A stretch of 64,000 bases of DNA from Deltaproteobacteria bacterium (GCA_002709835.1 PAQX01000071.1:9077-73076), one strand, 5' to 3'; counted from the first letter of the stretch, positions 9,870 to 20,020 are shown. The notes: generated by a model not told the origin, from the sequence alone. Numbers and translations: made by a program.

Positions 9870-12800
9870 GAGCCGACCCCGGGTCCCGCCGGTTCGGGTG
9901 ACGCGCGGTCGGCCGCGCCCCGGGCACGATTGAAGATGCCTTTCGCGCGCTCCTCTACCGAAGCGAAGGTCGCGTAGCTGAGCGGGATCACGAACAGGGT
10001 TCCGATCATGGCGAAGAGCAATCCGAACGCGATCGCCGCCGCGAACGGTCCGAAGCTCTTCGACGAGCCCTGGAGGCCGAAGGCCATCGGGAGTAGCGCC
10101 ACCACCGTCGTCATCGTCGTCAGGATTACGGGCCGGAGTCGCTGGGCGCCAGCCTGGGCGACGGCCTCGAGAAGGGGGACGCCTTCCCGCCGGGCCCGAT
10201 TGATGAAGTCGACCAGCACCAGGGAGTCGTTCACGACAACGCCGGACAGGCCCACTGCTGCGTAGAGCAGGTTGAAGCTCACGCTGTAACCGAGGGTCAG
10301 GACGCCGAAGATGATGCCCGCGAAGCCGAGGGGAACCGAGGTCAACACGATCAGCGGCTGCGTGTAGCTCCGGAAGAGCGTCGCCAGGAGCATGTAGATC
10401 GCGAGGAGCGCCACCGGGAATGCGGCGAGCGTTTCCCGCATCGACTCGTTCGATTCCTGGTATTCGCCGCCATAGATCAGATCGACGGCGGGGTAGCGCT
10501 CGCGGATGTCCGCGAACTGCGCTTCGAGATCTCGGTTGACCGAGATGCTCGTCGCGAGCTCGTCGTCGACGTCCGCGAAGACCGTCACGGCGCGCTTGCC
10601 GTCCACCCGGCGATAGGCGAGGTAGCCTCGGGTCACCTCGAGCCGGGCGACGTCCGCGAGGCGGACGAGCTGTCCCTGGCTCCCGCGGACCTCGATCTCG
10701 AGGAGGTCGAGGAGTCGGTCGCGCTGGCTGGGCTCGAGCAGGACCCGGATGTCGTCGTCCTCGACCGCCGTCGGTGATCGGAAACTCGAGCTGACGACGC
10801 CGTCGTTGGCACCGCGGAGAGCGCGAGCGAGGTCTTCGAAGGTCAGGCCGAACTGAGCGGCGCGTTCGTCGTCGATCTCGAGGCGGATCTCACGCGGCCC
10901 TTCCTTCAGGTTGTCGTCGATTCCGTCGACTCCGGGAATCGTCGCGAGATAGACCTTGATCTTCTCCGCGATCTTCTTGTTGACCGCGAAATCCTCGCTC
11001 TGGATCCGTACCTCGACGGGACGACCTACGGGCGGGCCGTACCGCTCGGATTCGACCCGAAGATTCACGACGTCGTCGGGATGCTCGGCGGCGAAGTTCC
11101 GTATCACTTCGCGCACGCGATCGAGTACGTCCTGAGGACGGAGCTGGTTCCGTTCCGTCTGCGGGATCGCGACGGTCGTCATCGCCAGGTTGGGCGCGAT
11201 GATCCGGTCGTAGTTCAAGTCGACCGCGAGGCCCACGATCGTGTTGAAGTCGAGGACGTCTTCCGCGGGCATTTCGAGCAGGAGCGCCTCGATCTCCTGG
11301 GTGACCGCCGACGTCTGCTCGAGGCTGAAGTCCGGCGGCGACTCGAGGGAGATGTTGAACGTCGCGAACTCGCCCGGGAAGAGGTCGAACTGAAGGCGCG
11401 TTCCCGCGGCGCAGGTCAGCAGGAGTGACGAGAGAAAGAGCGCGACGAAGGAAGCACGGTGGCGGATCACCGGGGCCAGGAGCACCAGGTAGCCGGCCCG
11501 GAGGGTGTCGAAACCCTTCTCCATGCCGATTCGCAGTCGCTCGAAGAAACCGGCGACCGCACCGAAGATTCCGCTGCGCACCCGGTCTCTCGCCGCGGCG
11601 GCCTTCGCGCGCGCGCTCTGCCGCGAACCGAAGTCGAGGTAGTGGGCCGGCAGGATCAGGAGGCATTCGAAGAGCGAAGCGATGAGGCATACGACGACGC
11701 ATTTCGGCATGACCGAGATGAACTTGCCGGCCGTCCCGCCGACTAGAAGCAGCGGTGCGAACGCGGCGATCGTCGTGGTCACCGCCGTCGCGACGGGCCA
11801 GAGGACTTCGTTCGAGCCGACGAGGACCGCCTGCTTGAGCTCCATGCCCTCTTCGATCTTCCGGTAGATGTTCTCGAGCACGATGATCGCGTCATCGACG
11901 AGCATGCCCGACACGAGCAGCATGCCGACCAGCGTGTTCGAGTTCACGCTGATGTCGAGGATCGGAAAGAAGATCATCGCGGTCAGGAACGAGAAGGGGA
12001 TCGCGATGATCGTGAGCATCGCGTTCCGGAATCCGATCGTGAACCAGAGGAGTCCGGCGACCAGAAACATGCCGGTCGCGAGGTTCTCGAGCAGAACCGC
12101 GATTCGGGGGGTCACGAAGTCCGAGCTGTCGATCGTGGTGTTGACCTGGATGCCCTCCGGCACGAGGGGGGCGAATTCTTCCAGGAAGCCGTCGACGCGC
12201 GCGATCAGGTGGCGCACGTCCGTCTCGTCTTTCTTGGCGACAGAGAGGACGACCGCTGGGCGGCCCAAGTAGCGGGTGACGAAGGTGGCCTTTTCGAGTC
12301 CTCGCTCGACCCGAGCGACGTCGCGAACCCGGACGAGGGTTCCGTCCGTTTCCTCGACGACGACGGTGTCGAGGATCTCGTCGACGCTTCGGTAGTCGCC
12401 CGTGGCGCGTACGGTCGCTTCGCCGAACTCGTCCTGGAGCGTGCCTGCAGGCAGATTCTGATTCTGGCGGCGGACCCGCTCGGCGATGTCCTCGATCGTC
12501 AGGCCGTGGAGGTTCGCCCGCGCGCGATCGACGAAGACCCGGACCTCCCTCTCCTGGAAGCCGCGGATGTCGACCTTCGAGACTCCGGGGATCTCGCGGA
12601 CCCGCGACTCGACCTCCTGCGCGACGTCGCGAAGGGCGAGGTCGCCGACTCCTCCCGTATCGCTCACGACGATGAAGACGACGTCGGAGACCTCCTCGGA
12701 GATGATCTCCCGCAGGCTCGGCTCTTCCGCGTCGAGGGGGAGGGCTTCGGCTTGCTCGATCGCCCCGCGGATGTCGTTGACCGCGGACTCGTAGTCGACC

Positions 12801-13102
12801 GCCTCGAGGTTCTCGTCGACGTCGAGGCTGATCATCGAGATGTTCGACTGCGAGGCCGAGCGCATCTCTTCGATGTCGCCGATGGTGATCAGCTCGTCTT
12901 CGAGCTTCGCCGTGACGAGTCGCTCGACTTCGTCCGCGGAAGCCCCGGTCCAGGTCGTGGTGACGACGACCTGGTTCAGTACGACGTCGTGGTAGTACTC
13001 GACCTCCGTCAGCTTCAGCGCATTCCAGCCGCCGATCATGCAGACGAAGAAGAGGACGTTCACGAAGACCGTCTGCCGGACGCTGAACTCGGGCAGCGTC
13101 AT
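9866..13102 (-). CDS. RND efflux transporter permease subunit (AcrB/AcrD/AcrF family)
   Basis: 1078 aa; TM4 'GMLVDDAIIVLENI', 'GVVVNDSLVLVD', 'RLRPVILTT.TT'. Confidence 0.95.
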   Translation of the reverse strand: MTLPEFSVRQTVFVNVLFFVCMIGGWNALKLTEVEYYHDVVLNQVVVTTTWTGASADEVERLVTAKLEDELITIGDIEEMRSASQSNISMISLDVDENLEAVDYESAVNDIRGAIEQAEALPLDAEEPSLREIISEEVSDVVFIVVSDTGGVGDLALRDVAQEVESRVREIPGVSKVDIRGFQEREVRVFVDRARANLHGLTIEDIAERVRRQNQNLPAGTLQDEFGEATVRATGDYRSVDEILDTVVVEETDGTLVRVRDVARVERGLEKATFVTRYLGRPAVVLSVAKKDETDVRHLIARVDGFLEEFAPLVPEGIQVNTTIDSSDFVTPRIAVLLENLATGMFLVAGLLWFTIGFRNAMLTIIAIPFSFLTAMIFFPILDISVNSNTLVGMLLVSGMLVDDAIIVLENIYRKIEEGMELKQAVLVGSNEVLWPVATAVTTTIAAFAPLLLVGGTAGKFISVMPKCVVVCLIASLFECLLILPAHYLDFGSRQSARAKAAAARDRVRSGIFGAVAGFFERLRIGMEKGFDTLRAGYLVLLAPVIRHRASFVALFLSSLLLTCAAGTRLQFDLFPGEFATFNISLESPPDFSLEQTSAVTQEIEALLLEMPAEDVLDFNTIVGLAVDLNYDRIIAPNLAMTTVAIPQTERNQLRPQDVLDRVREVIRNFAAEHPDDVVNLRVESERYGPPVGRPVEVRIQSEDFAVNKKIAEKIKVYLATIPGVDGIDDNLKEGPREIRLEIDDERAAQFGLTFEDLARALRGANDGVVSSSFRSPTAVEDDDIRVLLEPSQRDRLLDLLEIEVRGSQGQLVRLADVARLEVTRGYLAYRRVDGKRAVTVFADVDDELATSISVNRDLEAQFADIRERYPAVDLIYGGEYQESNESMRETLAAFPVALLAIYMLLATLFRSYTQPLIVLTSVPLGFAGIIFGVLTLGYSVSFNLLYAAVGLSGVVVNDSLVLVDFINRARREGVPLLEAVAQAGAQRLRPVILTTMTTVVALLPMAFGLQGSSKSFGPFAAAIAFGLLFAMIGTLFVIPLSYATFASVEERAKGIFNRARGAADRASPEPAGPGVGS

Positions 13103-14223
13103 CGGACGAGCACGCGCATGCCGCTTCGAAGCTGATCGACCGCGGTCACGACGACCCGGGCGCCGTCTTCGAGGCCGTCGGTGATCTCGACGCGATCCGG
13201 CCGGAAGGCGACCGGGCGCGTCGAAACGCGGGTCCGAGTCACGCGATCTTCGGCGTCGAGAATGAACACGTACTGGAGCTCGAACTCGTCGAGCACTGCG
13301 CGCGCGGGCAGACGGATCGCGGCTGCGCGACCGACTTCGAACTGAACGTGGGCCACCATGCCAGGACGCGGTCGTCGGCTTTCGCCGGCGCCTTCGGGAA
13401 CCGAGAGCTCGACGACGACCGGGTAGCGGCTGCCCTGGTCGACGGGCGCGCCAGCAACGCGCGCGATGCGTCCTTCGAAGGGCGCGTCGCCGAGGACGTC
13501 GACGCGGATCTTGGCGGCGGCGTCCGGAGCGAGGGAGCCGACCTGCCGATCGCCGACGAGGACGGTGACTTCGAGGACGGAGAGGTCGAGGACCTCCGCG
13601 ATCTGCGTTCCCGGTTGGACGTAGGTTCCCGGGTCGAGGTCGAGGGCGTTCACCAGGCCGTCGAAGGGTGCCTCGATCTGGGTGTGCTCGAGTCGGGTCC
13701 GCGCCTCGAGGAGGGCCGCATACGTACGGCGCTCCTCGGCGATCGCGGAATCGAGCTCGGCTTCGCTGGCGACGGAACGCTTGCCGAGTCGTCGCTGTCG
13801 TTCGAGCTCCGACTTCGCGAGGCGGTGACTCGCCTCGGCACGGATCAGCTCCGCGCGCGGGAGCGCCGAGTCGAGCTCGACGAGGACTTCACCTTGGGCG
13901 ACCGGAGCGTGTTCGTTGGCAGGCACGGACACGATTCGTCCTGCCATTTCGGCCGAGACCCAGGTAGATCGGACGGGCTCGAGCCGCCCCGCGAGCTCGA
14001 CGATCTCGACCGATGGGACCGCGCGTGCGATTTCCGCCTCGATCTCGAGGGAAGGCGCGAGCTCTCGCGTGTCTCCTTCTTGTGCAGCCGCGAGGCGGGC
14101 GTCCCGCTCGCGGGCCTTCGCGGCCCCGTCCGAGGAATAGAAGCCCCATAGGGCGAGGGCGCCGGTCAGGGCGGCGACGAAGAGGACTACCGTCGGAGTG
14201 GAGCGGTTCTTGAGTCGGGGCAT
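13099..14223 (-). CDS. RND periplasmic adaptor (membrane fusion protein)
   Basis: N-terminal TM, lipoyl/hairpin pattern 'I.APFDG.V', 'RPGM', 'EITDGL..G..VV'; 4-bp overlap with the RND gene. Confidence 0.92.
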   Translation of the reverse strand: MPRLKNRSTPTVVLFVAALTGALALWGFYSSDGAAKARERDARLAAAQEGDTRELAPSLEIEAEIARAVPSVEIVELAGRLEPVRSTWVSAEMAGRIVSVPANEHAPVAQGEVLVELDSALPRAELIRAEASHRLAKSELERQRRLGKRSVASEAELDSAIAEERRTYAALLEARTRLEHTQIEAPFDGLVNALDLDPGTYVQPGTQIAEVLDLSVLEVTVLVGDRQVGSLAPDAAAKIRVDVLGDAPFEGRIARVAGAPVDQGSRYPVVVELSVPEGAGESRRPRPGMVAHVQFEVGRAAAIRLPARAVLDEFELQYVFILDAEDRVTRTRVSTRPVAFRPDRVEITDGLEDGARVVVTAVDQLRSGMRVLVR

Positions 14224-14447
14224 GGCGTCAGACTGGGCCCGGACGGGAACGGCGGGGTCCGTCGAGGTGGGTAAAGGGGAGTGGAGCGCGCGGCGCAGAC
14301 TGTAGCGCCCACGTCCCGAGAGGGGGACGAGGCCGGCGTCGGTCCGAAACCCCTCGAGAGCGTGGTCGCGCGACGATCGCGGCGGGGTAGAATCGGAGAC
14401 GCGACCTAGCGGTCCTCCTCCTTAATACCCACCTCAAGAGGTTTCTC

Positions 14448-14741
14448 ATGCCCGCGTACCTGATCGTCAACTACAACGTCGAGAACACCGAACAGTACGG
14501 CGAGTACTCCGCTGCTGCAGGCCCGGTCCTGCAGATCGGCGAGAAGGCGAAGCTCGTCGCGTTCGACGGTGACAGCCAGAAGCTCGAGGGCGCGCCGGGT
14601 CACCAGACCGTCGTCCTGGCTTTCGATTCGATGGACGAGGCCAAGGAGGCCTATCACTCCGGTGAGTACCAGAAGCTCGCGAAGGTCCGGCTCGATGCGA
14701 CGTCGAACCACTTCGCCGTCCTCGTGAATGGCATCGGTTAG
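14448..14741 (+). CDS. DUF1330-family protein
   Basis: 'MPAYLI...V...EQY..Y', 'LEG......VVL.F.S...A...Y.S.EYQ....R'. Confidence 0.85.
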   Translation: MPAYLIVNYNVENTEQYGEYSAAAGPVLQIGEKAKLVAFDGDSQKLEGAPGHQTVVLAFDSMDEAKEAYHSGEYQKLAKVRLDATSNHFAVLVNGIG

Positions 14742-14757
14742 TTCGCGGGATCGCCCT

Positions 14758-15723
14758 GTGAGCGCGCCCCCCCCGTTCTCTCTCGCGGGCCTCGGCTATG
14801 TCGGGGTCCGCGCGCCCGATCCCCTCGGTTGGCGTGACTTCGCGACCGGCGTTTGTGGTCTCGAACCGGCGCTGATCCCGCCGGGTCCGCGACCGACGGG
14901 GCTCGCCCTGCCGAACCCCGAAGTGGGCGGCGTGGCTGACGACGGCACGGTCTTCCTCAAGATGGACCGGCGCCAGTGGCGCTTCGCCGTGCATCCCTGC
15001 GCCGAGGGCGAGGGGGGACTCGCCTACCTGGGTTTCGAACTCACCCGCGACGATGAGCTCGCCTCGGCGATCGAATCGATCGCCAAAGCAGGGATCGCGA
15101 TTCGCGAGGGCACCGAAGAAGAGCGCGCGGCCCGGAGCGTCGGCGGGCTCGCCGTCCTCGAGGATCCCGCCGGCCATCGCCTCGAGCTCTTCGTGCGCCC
15201 GATCGTGGACGAGCACCTGCGCGGGGACCAACCGATCGAGTTCCTGACCGGCGGTCTCGGGATGGGCCACGTGGTCGTGTACGTCCCGGAGATCGAGGCG
15301 GCGCTCGCGTTCTATCGCGACGTCCTGGGTTTCCGCCGGACCGACTACATGAACTTCGGACCCGATGGGATGGGCATCCACTTCCTGCGCTGCACCGCGC
15401 GCCACCATTCGATCGCGCTCCTTCAGGTCGGCCCGCCGCAGGGGCTGCAGCACGTGATGTTCGAGGCGACGAGCCTCGACGGCGTCGGTCGCGCGCACGA
15501 TCGCGCGTTGGCGGCCGGCGTCCCGATCTCGTCGAACCTCGGTCGTCACCGCAACGACAAGACGGTCTCCTTCTACATGCAGGGGCCGTCCGGCTTCGAC
15601 GTAGAGATCGGCTGGGACGGCCTCCTGGTCGACGAGGACTGGGTAGAGCACGAGTTCGCCGGCGGAGGCGACGACTGGGGGCACCACGGCCTCGATGCGG
15701 AGTCACTTCAGCCGAAGGACTGA
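14758..15723 (+). CDS. Extradiol ring-cleavage dioxygenase (BphC/HsaC-like, two-domain VOC)
   Basis: 'GMGHVV', 'FLRC..RHHSIAL', 'QHVMFE', 'LGRH.ND..VSFY...PSGF.VE.GW'. Start is GTG 14758 or ATG 14728. Confidence 0.9.
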   Translation: MSAPPPFSLAGLGYVGVRAPDPLGWRDFATGVCGLEPALIPPGPRPTGLALPNPEVGGVADDGTVFLKMDRRQWRFAVHPCAEGEGGLAYLGFELTRDDELASAIESIAKAGIAIREGTEEERAARSVGGLAVLEDPAGHRLELFVRPIVDEHLRGDQPIEFLTGGLGMGHVVVYVPEIEAALAFYRDVLGFRRTDYMNFGPDGMGIHFLRCTARHHSIALLQVGPPQGLQHVMFEATSLDGVGRAHDRALAAGVPISSNLGRHRNDKTVSFYMQGPSGFDVEIGWDGLLVDEDWVEHEFAGGGDDWGHHGLDAESLQPKD

Positions 15724-15742
15724 TTCGTCCGCGCCCGCCCGA

Positions 15743-16930
15743 TCAGAAGAGGATCGGCATCCGGTGATAGCCGTGGAGGAACTCGCTGTAGACCCGCTCG
15801 GCCCCTCCCGAGTCGACGGAGTAGTCCGGCGCGACCCGGAGCAGCTCCTCGAGGAGGATTCGGCCTTCGAGATTGCCGAGGTGCTCGCCGATGCACTTGT
15901 GGGCACCGTGGCCATAGGACAGGCTGCGCTTCGGGCGGCGATCGACGTCGAACACGTCGGCGTGGTCGAATTCCGCCTCGTCGCGATTGCCGCTGGCCCA
16001 GAGGAACATCACGCCCGAGCCGGGTTCGAGCCTCTTCCCCCGGATCTCGACCGGATCGCGAACGGTGCGTCCGAGGAGGTTGGTCGGCTGGTCGTATCGC
16101 AGAGACTCTGCGAAGGCGTGGGGGATCAGCGTGGGATCGGCGACGATGCGCGCCCGCTGGTCGGGACGTTTGGCCAGGTAGTAGGCGGTGTTCGCGACCG
16201 AGAGCGGGACGACTTCGGCCCCGGTGACCAGCATCGTGTAGATCGCCGCGACGATCGATGCGATCCCGAGTCGCTCGCCTTCGATCTCGGTCCGGATGAG
16301 GACGGAGATGTGGTCGTCGCCTGCGCAGCCCGCCTCGCCGGCCATCTGGCGTTCGTAGACGATCTCGCCCACCCGGGTGAGGAGGGCGATCCGGGCTTCG
16401 TCGTTGGCTGCGGTGGTTCCGATCTGCCCGGGCTGGCGGGCGAAGAAGGCTTCGACCTGGGCGCGGAGATCGAGCGCCTCTTCCTCGGGCAGGCCGATCA
16501 GCTCCGCGATGGTCAGCGTCGCCAGGGGGTTCGCCAGGTCGCGGTACACGTCGAAGGATCCCTGCTCGACGAGGGGCTCGAGGAGGGTGCGTGTCCGGGC
16601 GCGGATCGCATCCTCCATCTCGCCGACCGCCCGCTTCGTGTACCGAGGGACGAAGACGCGCCGGTAGTCCCGCTGGCGGGGCATGTCCATCATCGAGAAG
16701 ACGGGATCGGGCGGTGGAGGCTGCTTGAGCATCACCATCTCGGGGGTGACGCCCTGCTCGGCGCTGAAGACGTCGTTGGTCGTGCTTGCCCGGATGTCCT
16801 CGAAGCAGGAGAGGAACCACGTGTCGTACTTCTCGAGGTAGAAGACCGGGGCCTCACGGCGTAGTTCCGCGTAGAAGGGCCACGGATCCCGCATCACGGC
16901 ATCGGAGAAGGGGTCGTAGTCGAGCGCCAC
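15743..16930 (-). CDS. Cytochrome P450
   Basis: ExxR 'ESLR', heme motif 'YGHGAHKCIG', atypical I-helix 'TGAEVV'. Confidence 0.93.
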   Translation of the reverse strand: MALDYDPFSDAVMRDPWPFYAELRREAPVFYLEKYDTWFLSCFEDIRASTTNDVFSAEQGVTPEMVMLKQPPPPDPVFSMMDMPRQRDYRRVFVPRYTKRAVGEMEDAIRARTRTLLEPLVEQGSFDVYRDLANPLATLTIAELIGLPEEEALDLRAQVEAFFARQPGQIGTTAANDEARIALLTRVGEIVYERQMAGEAGCAGDDHISVLIRTEIEGERLGIASIVAAIYTMLVTGAEVVPLSVANTAYYLAKRPDQRARIVADPTLIPHAFAESLRYDQPTNLLGRTVRDPVEIRGKRLEPGSGVMFLWASGNRDEAEFDHADVFDVDRRPKRSLSYGHGAHKCIGEHLGNLEGRILLEELLRVAPDYSVDSGGAERVYSEFLHGYHRMPILF

Positions 16931-16932
16931 GT

Positions 16933-17349
16933 TCAGCCGTCCTGTCCGAGCTCGATCATGTTGCCTTCGGGGTCCGCCACCTGGGCGACGCGCCGGCCGG
17001 GTCGCAGCTCGAAGGGCGGAAGCGCGACGCTTCCGCCGAGGCGCTCGACGGCGGCTGCCGCAGCTTCGATGTCGTCGACTTCGAGGGTGAGGTAGCGGAT
17101 CCCTGCCGTCGCCGAGAACGACGCAGAGGGATCCCTGGCCGGCGGATCGACGGGGACCATGATCCGCAGGATGCTCTCGCCGCAGCCGAGCTTGTGGATC
17201 GTGCCGATGTTCGGGAGCTCGAGCGGGTCGAGCACGTCGAATCCGGCCACGCCGGCGTAGAAATCAATCAGCGGCTGCGCGTCGGCCGTGACGAGACCGA
17301 CGTCGAGAGCCGGCTTCGCCATGCGTGCGCCAGAGGAAGAAGTCGACAT
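16933..17349 (-). CDS. VOC/glyoxalase family protein
   Basis: 'LDVGLV......FY....GF', 'YLTLEVDDI', 'ADPEGNMIEL'. Start is 17349 or 17322. Confidence 0.85.
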   Translation of the reverse strand: MSTSSSGARMAKPALDVGLVTADAQPLIDFYAGVAGFDVLDPLELPNIGTIHKLGCGESILRIMVPVDPPARDPSASFSATAGIRYLTLEVDDIEAAAAAVERLGGSVALPPFELRPGRRVAQVADPEGNMIELGQDG

Positions 17350-17430
17350 CGGATCGCCTCGCTGCGCGCGGGAAGTGCGCATGCGCCCGATCGTAGCGCC
17401 ATGGGCGCGCAACGGGGGGGCGGGGCCCCC

Positions 17431-18327
17431 TCATCCCTCGGTTCCGCCACGAAGGAGTGCTTTGGTCTGCGCGATCGTCGCGACGGGGCGACCGACCTCC
17501 TCGCATAGCATGCACGCGCTCTCGAGGAGCTCGACGTTGGTGGGCGTCCCGGGGCCGGCGTAGTCCTCGAGGCCGACGCGGAGATGTCCGCCCCGCTCGA
17601 GGGCGAGTCGCGCGACCGGGGTCGCGAGGATGTCCCCACCCGGCAGCGCGACGCTCCAGGGCAGCTCGCAGTCGCCCAGGATGTCGAGGTAGGCCTCGAG
17701 ACCGGCCGGCGTCGCGGGTAGGCCGAGGGGCAGGTACTCGGAGCCGAAGTAGAGCTTGATCTGGCCCCCGAAACGGATCCGACCCGATCGCACGTAGGCG
17801 ACCGCCGCGCGCATGAAGCTCCCGTCGAAGATCGAGAAACTGATCGGGGCTTCGAGGGCGACGCAAGTGTCGACCATGTGACGCGTATCAGCGTAGCTGT
17901 TCAGGTAGACGGTCTCGGCGGCGTCCGGGGCGCCATCCGCTTCGAAGCGGCCGAGGTTGACTGAGCCGGGGTCGACGATCCCCATGGTGAGGGCGCCGGC
18001 CTCGGCGATCTCCGGGATGTGGCCGTAGCGTTGTTCGATCGTCGTGTGCGGTCCACCGCCGGTCATCGTCGGATAGAGGAAGGCCCCTGGGCGTGCCTCC
18101 AGGATCGGCTTCCAGGCCTCGATGTAGGGCGCTGCCGAGTGGGAAGGGGTCACGCCGTCGAAGATCGGGTCATCCGTGTGGTTGTGGACGATCGAGGCGC
18201 CGGCGTCGATGCAGGCGATGCCGTCGCGCGCGACTTCTTGCGGTGTGCGCGGCACGTTCGGGTTCCGCTCCGGCATCGTGACGCCGTTGATGGCGACCTC
18301 GAGGATCACGGGGGTTTCATGGGGCAT
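17431..18327 (-). CDS. Beta-keto acid cleavage enzyme (BKACE/Kce, DUF849 family)
   Basis: 'AING......NPNVP.TPQE.......C.DAGASIVHNH' and 'GGHLRVGLED.......TN..L'. Confidence 0.9.
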   Translation of the reverse strand: MPHETPVILEVAINGVTMPERNPNVPRTPQEVARDGIACIDAGASIVHNHTDDPIFDGVTPSHSAAPYIEAWKPILEARPGAFLYPTMTGGGPHTTIEQRYGHIPEIAEAGALTMGIVDPGSVNLGRFEADGAPDAAETVYLNSYADTRHMVDTCVALEAPISFSIFDGSFMRAAVAYVRSGRIRFGGQIKLYFGSEYLPLGLPATPAGLEAYLDILGDCELPWSVALPGGDILATPVARLALERGGHLRVGLEDYAGPGTPTNVELLESACMLCEEVGRPVATIAQTKALLRGGTEG

Positions 18328-18399
18328 GGGGTGGCTCCGGCGACGAGTCGCATGCACTGCGACGACGCGGATGATCGCGAACCCGCGAGGGCAGCGCCG

Positions 18400-19266
18400 C
18401 TAGTCTCCGCCGACCCCGTAGGCCTCGGCGAAGGCCGACATCTCGTCGAGCTTGTAGGCGAGGGAGGTTTCCGTCGCATTCAATCCGTCGGTCCAGGGGG
18501 GCTTCAGGTAGTCTGTGACGCCCCACTCGGTCAGTTGCGCGAGGCGCTCGGGGGTGGGCTCGGTACAGCCGACGATGATCCGGAAATCGTCGAGCGAGCG
18601 ACCCACAGCCTGGCGGGTCTGCACGGCCTTCGCGACGTATGCCTCGATTTCGTTCCAGGGATAGACGGCCCCTTCCCAGCCGTCGTGGCGCGCAGCGCGT
18701 CGGAAGGCGGCGTCGGAGGTCCCGCCGACGTAGATCGGGATGGGAGAGGGCGGCGGCGGCTGCATGCGTATTCTTGGAAAAGAATAGAAGGCGCCTTCGT
18801 GTTCGACGTGCTCCCCCGTCCAGAGCTTGTCGAGCACTTCGAGCTGTTCGTCGATGTGACGTCCACGGCGCTCGAAGGGTTGGCCCGAGAGACCGAACTC
18901 GAGCTTCTGCCAACCGACGCCGACGCCGAGATGGATCCTTCCGCCCGTCACGACCGCGGCGGTCGAGATCGCCTTGGCCGCCGTGAAGACATCGCGAAGA
19001 GGCAGAATGTAGACGGTCGTCATGAACCGAAGTCGAGAGGTCTCGCCGGCGAGGGCCGCGAACTGGATCCAGGGGTCCGGCCACGGCACCTGGTCCTGCC
19101 AGGGTGTGACGCCGTCCGCGGCGATGTCGTACCGGTCCTGCTGGACCTCTGCGGTCACCCAGTGATCACCGAGGGTCACGCCGTAGAAGCCGAGCGCTTC
19201 CGCATGGCGGGCGAGGGGCGCGAGCTCCTCGGTCGGCGTGTAGCCCAGGCCGTGCCAAAAGCGCAT
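18400..19266 (-). CDS. LLM-class (luciferase-like, probably F420-dependent) oxidoreductase
   Basis: 'AEALGF......DH', 'DPW....A.A..T.RLR..T.VYILPLR', 'LGVGVGW...EF', 'PI.VGG.S.AA.RRAA..DGW'. Confidence 0.88.
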   Translation of the reverse strand: MRFWHGLGYTPTEELAPLARHAEALGFYGVTLGDHWVTAEVQQDRYDIAADGVTPWQDQVPWPDPWIQFAALAGETSRLRFMTTVYILPLRDVFTAAKAISTAAVVTGGRIHLGVGVGWQKLEFGLSGQPFERRGRHIDEQLEVLDKLWTGEHVEHEGAFYSFPRIRMQPPPPSPIPIYVGGTSDAAFRRAARHDGWEGAVYPWNEIEAYVAKAVQTRQAVGRSLDDFRIIVGCTEPTPERLAQLTEWGVTDYLKPPWTDGLNATETSLAYKLDEMSAFAEAYGVGGD

Positions 19267-19302
19267 CGAGTTCCTTCCCTCCGGTCCGGGTTCCGTCGGT
19301 CG

Positions 19303-19828
19303 TCAGTCGGTCCGCGCCGTCGTCTGCGCCACCGCTTCGCTGTGGGCCGCTTCGTCGAGGCCGAATCGCGAAAGCGCCAACAAGGCGAGGGCGTAGAGGA
19401 TACAGGGCACGATCCCGGTCGCGACGCGAATCCAGTTCTGGGTCGCTTCGGTCTGGGCTGCGGCCGACGCGTCGTACCCGGTGGCGGCGAGGATCCATCC
19501 GATCGAGAGGCCCGCGACGGCGGTCGCGGATTTCTGCGCGAAGTTCCAGGTCGCGAAGGCGGTGTCGACGGCGCCGGCCTGGCTTCGCGGGTCCGCGGCG
19601 TTTTCGATCAGGAAGACCGCCCCGGCGGCGCTCAAGGGGCCGACGTTCTCGAAGAACTGGGAGCCACCGAAGACGCGCGTTCGATCGAGATAGCCCTGGC
19701 TGAGCTCCGGGCCGAGGGCGAGGTGGGGCACGCGGAACGTGGAATAGAAGGTACGCAGGAGCAGGAAGCTCACGAGGACCCAGGCCACGACGCCGGAGGA
19801 TTCGAACTCCTGCGGCGGCATCCAGATT
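19303..19828 (-). pseudogene. Remnant of a GPH-family MFS transporter (5' end lost, large internal deletion)
   Basis: Aligns by eye to the intact paralog at 55865-57232 over 'PH.ALG.EL' and the C-terminus ('F.LDE..H.E'). About five central helices are missing between 'DPRSQA' and 'FATWNFAQK', and there is no genuine N-terminus. Confidence 0.7.
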
Positions 19829-20017
19829 GCGGCAAACTCGCCGCTCTCTGTCCAGGGCGCCCGCTTCGTCCTCGAACAGGGCGAGAACCTGAACACCGAC
19901 CAGAGCCTCCTGCTGAACGGGGTCTGGACGATGATCACGTCGCTCTAGTCGAACGACTTACGAGAAATGATGGCGGCGTTCCTCGAGAAGCGACCGGCGG
20001 ACTACGACGGGAGCTGA
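19826..20017 (+). pseudogene. C-terminal fragment of a crotonase/enoyl-CoA hydratase with an internal stop
   Basis: Translates IAANSPLSVQGARFVLEQGENLNTDQSLLLNGVWTMITSL*SNDLREMMAAFLEKRPADYDGS*, a typical crotonase tail. TAG at 19946; no start codon. Confidence 0.75.
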
Positions 20018-20020
20018 GCG

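Noticed and set aside
19946-19948. In-frame TAG as pyrrolysine or read-through
   Set aside because: It lies in a start-less fragment, so a nonsense mutation in a pseudogene is simpler.
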